64,000 nucleotides of DNA from Fimicolochytrium jonesii (Eukaryota), in contig NW_026515681.1 of NCBI RefSeq assembly GCF_025526975.1, forward strand, positions 434,001 to 498,000, read 5' to 3'. Below the pieces are notes generated by a model. The model was not told where the DNA came from and did no database searches. It saw only the letters and a list, made by a program, of their open reading frames with translations. The stretch's first letter is position 1, and the number at the start of each line of letters is the position of its first letter. Below are positions 63,614 through 64,000 of the stretch, piece after piece. The translations under genes and the position numbers were made by a program.

Positions 63614-64000
63614 TTAGCGAATCTCCCTGTGTGCGATGACAGCATCGTCACGTAGTTTCCTGGCAACCAGAGCCCCACTGCCGATCGAGGGTATGGCCGC
63701 TACAGCGGTTGGAGCCGTTAATCTTCTGGTACTTCGGATTGAAAATCGGGCACTACCGTCAAGGTTGGGTATAGCAAGGGTCGACGGTAAAACTATTGAA
63801 GTAACTACAGAAACAGGGGAGCTTCCGCTAAATACATATGTACACGAAAGCACCAAGAACAATCAGTTGAGTGGCTTTCGGGACGGCTTGATGAGGAGAG
63901 GATGTAAAGAAGGGTCGGAGCCTTCGTCCACCCATCGGGCGAACGACGGTGTAGTGATAAATCGTCGTCATCAGTTTGCGCCGTGCCGAGCACCGGCAGC
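63614..64000 (-). CDS. Possible 3' end of a gene starting beyond the window
   Basis: Open frames with coding-like composition and a downstream AT-rich tract. No motif recognised. Confidence 0.3.

Overview
This is eukaryotic, GC-rich, intron-containing fungal DNA. An early-diverging lineage such as a chytrid is inferred from the gene content and short GT-AG introns, but this is not proven. Ordinary host genes sit on both flanks. On the left are Sec1, Mak21/Noc1, a multi-TM membrane protein and a velvet-domain regulator. On the right are a MiT/TFE/USF-like bHLH factor and an ADAL-type adenosine deaminase. Between them is a host-gene-free island of about 46 kb (about 12.9-58.6 kb) made of nested, decayed Ty1/copia and Ty3/gypsy LTR retrotransposons, which I resolved by LTR ends, PBS, PPT and TSDs. 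Several elements carry unusual, mostly chromatin-related cargo. (1) An intronless PHD-finger plus TET/JBP-like 2OG-Fe(II) dioxygenase gene lies just upstream of the PPT and 3' LTR of an LTR element; it is a candidate anti-methylation module. (2) A gypsy element carries an antisense, spliced, tandem RING-finger gene with its own TATA box. (3) Copia elements have a chromodomain after the integrase. (4) A 509-bp TRIM has LTRs containing a tRNA-Glu-derived Pol III promoter, with a perfect 5-bp TSD. Domain calls are by eye from motifs, and no searches were run. Family letters A-G are my own labels.
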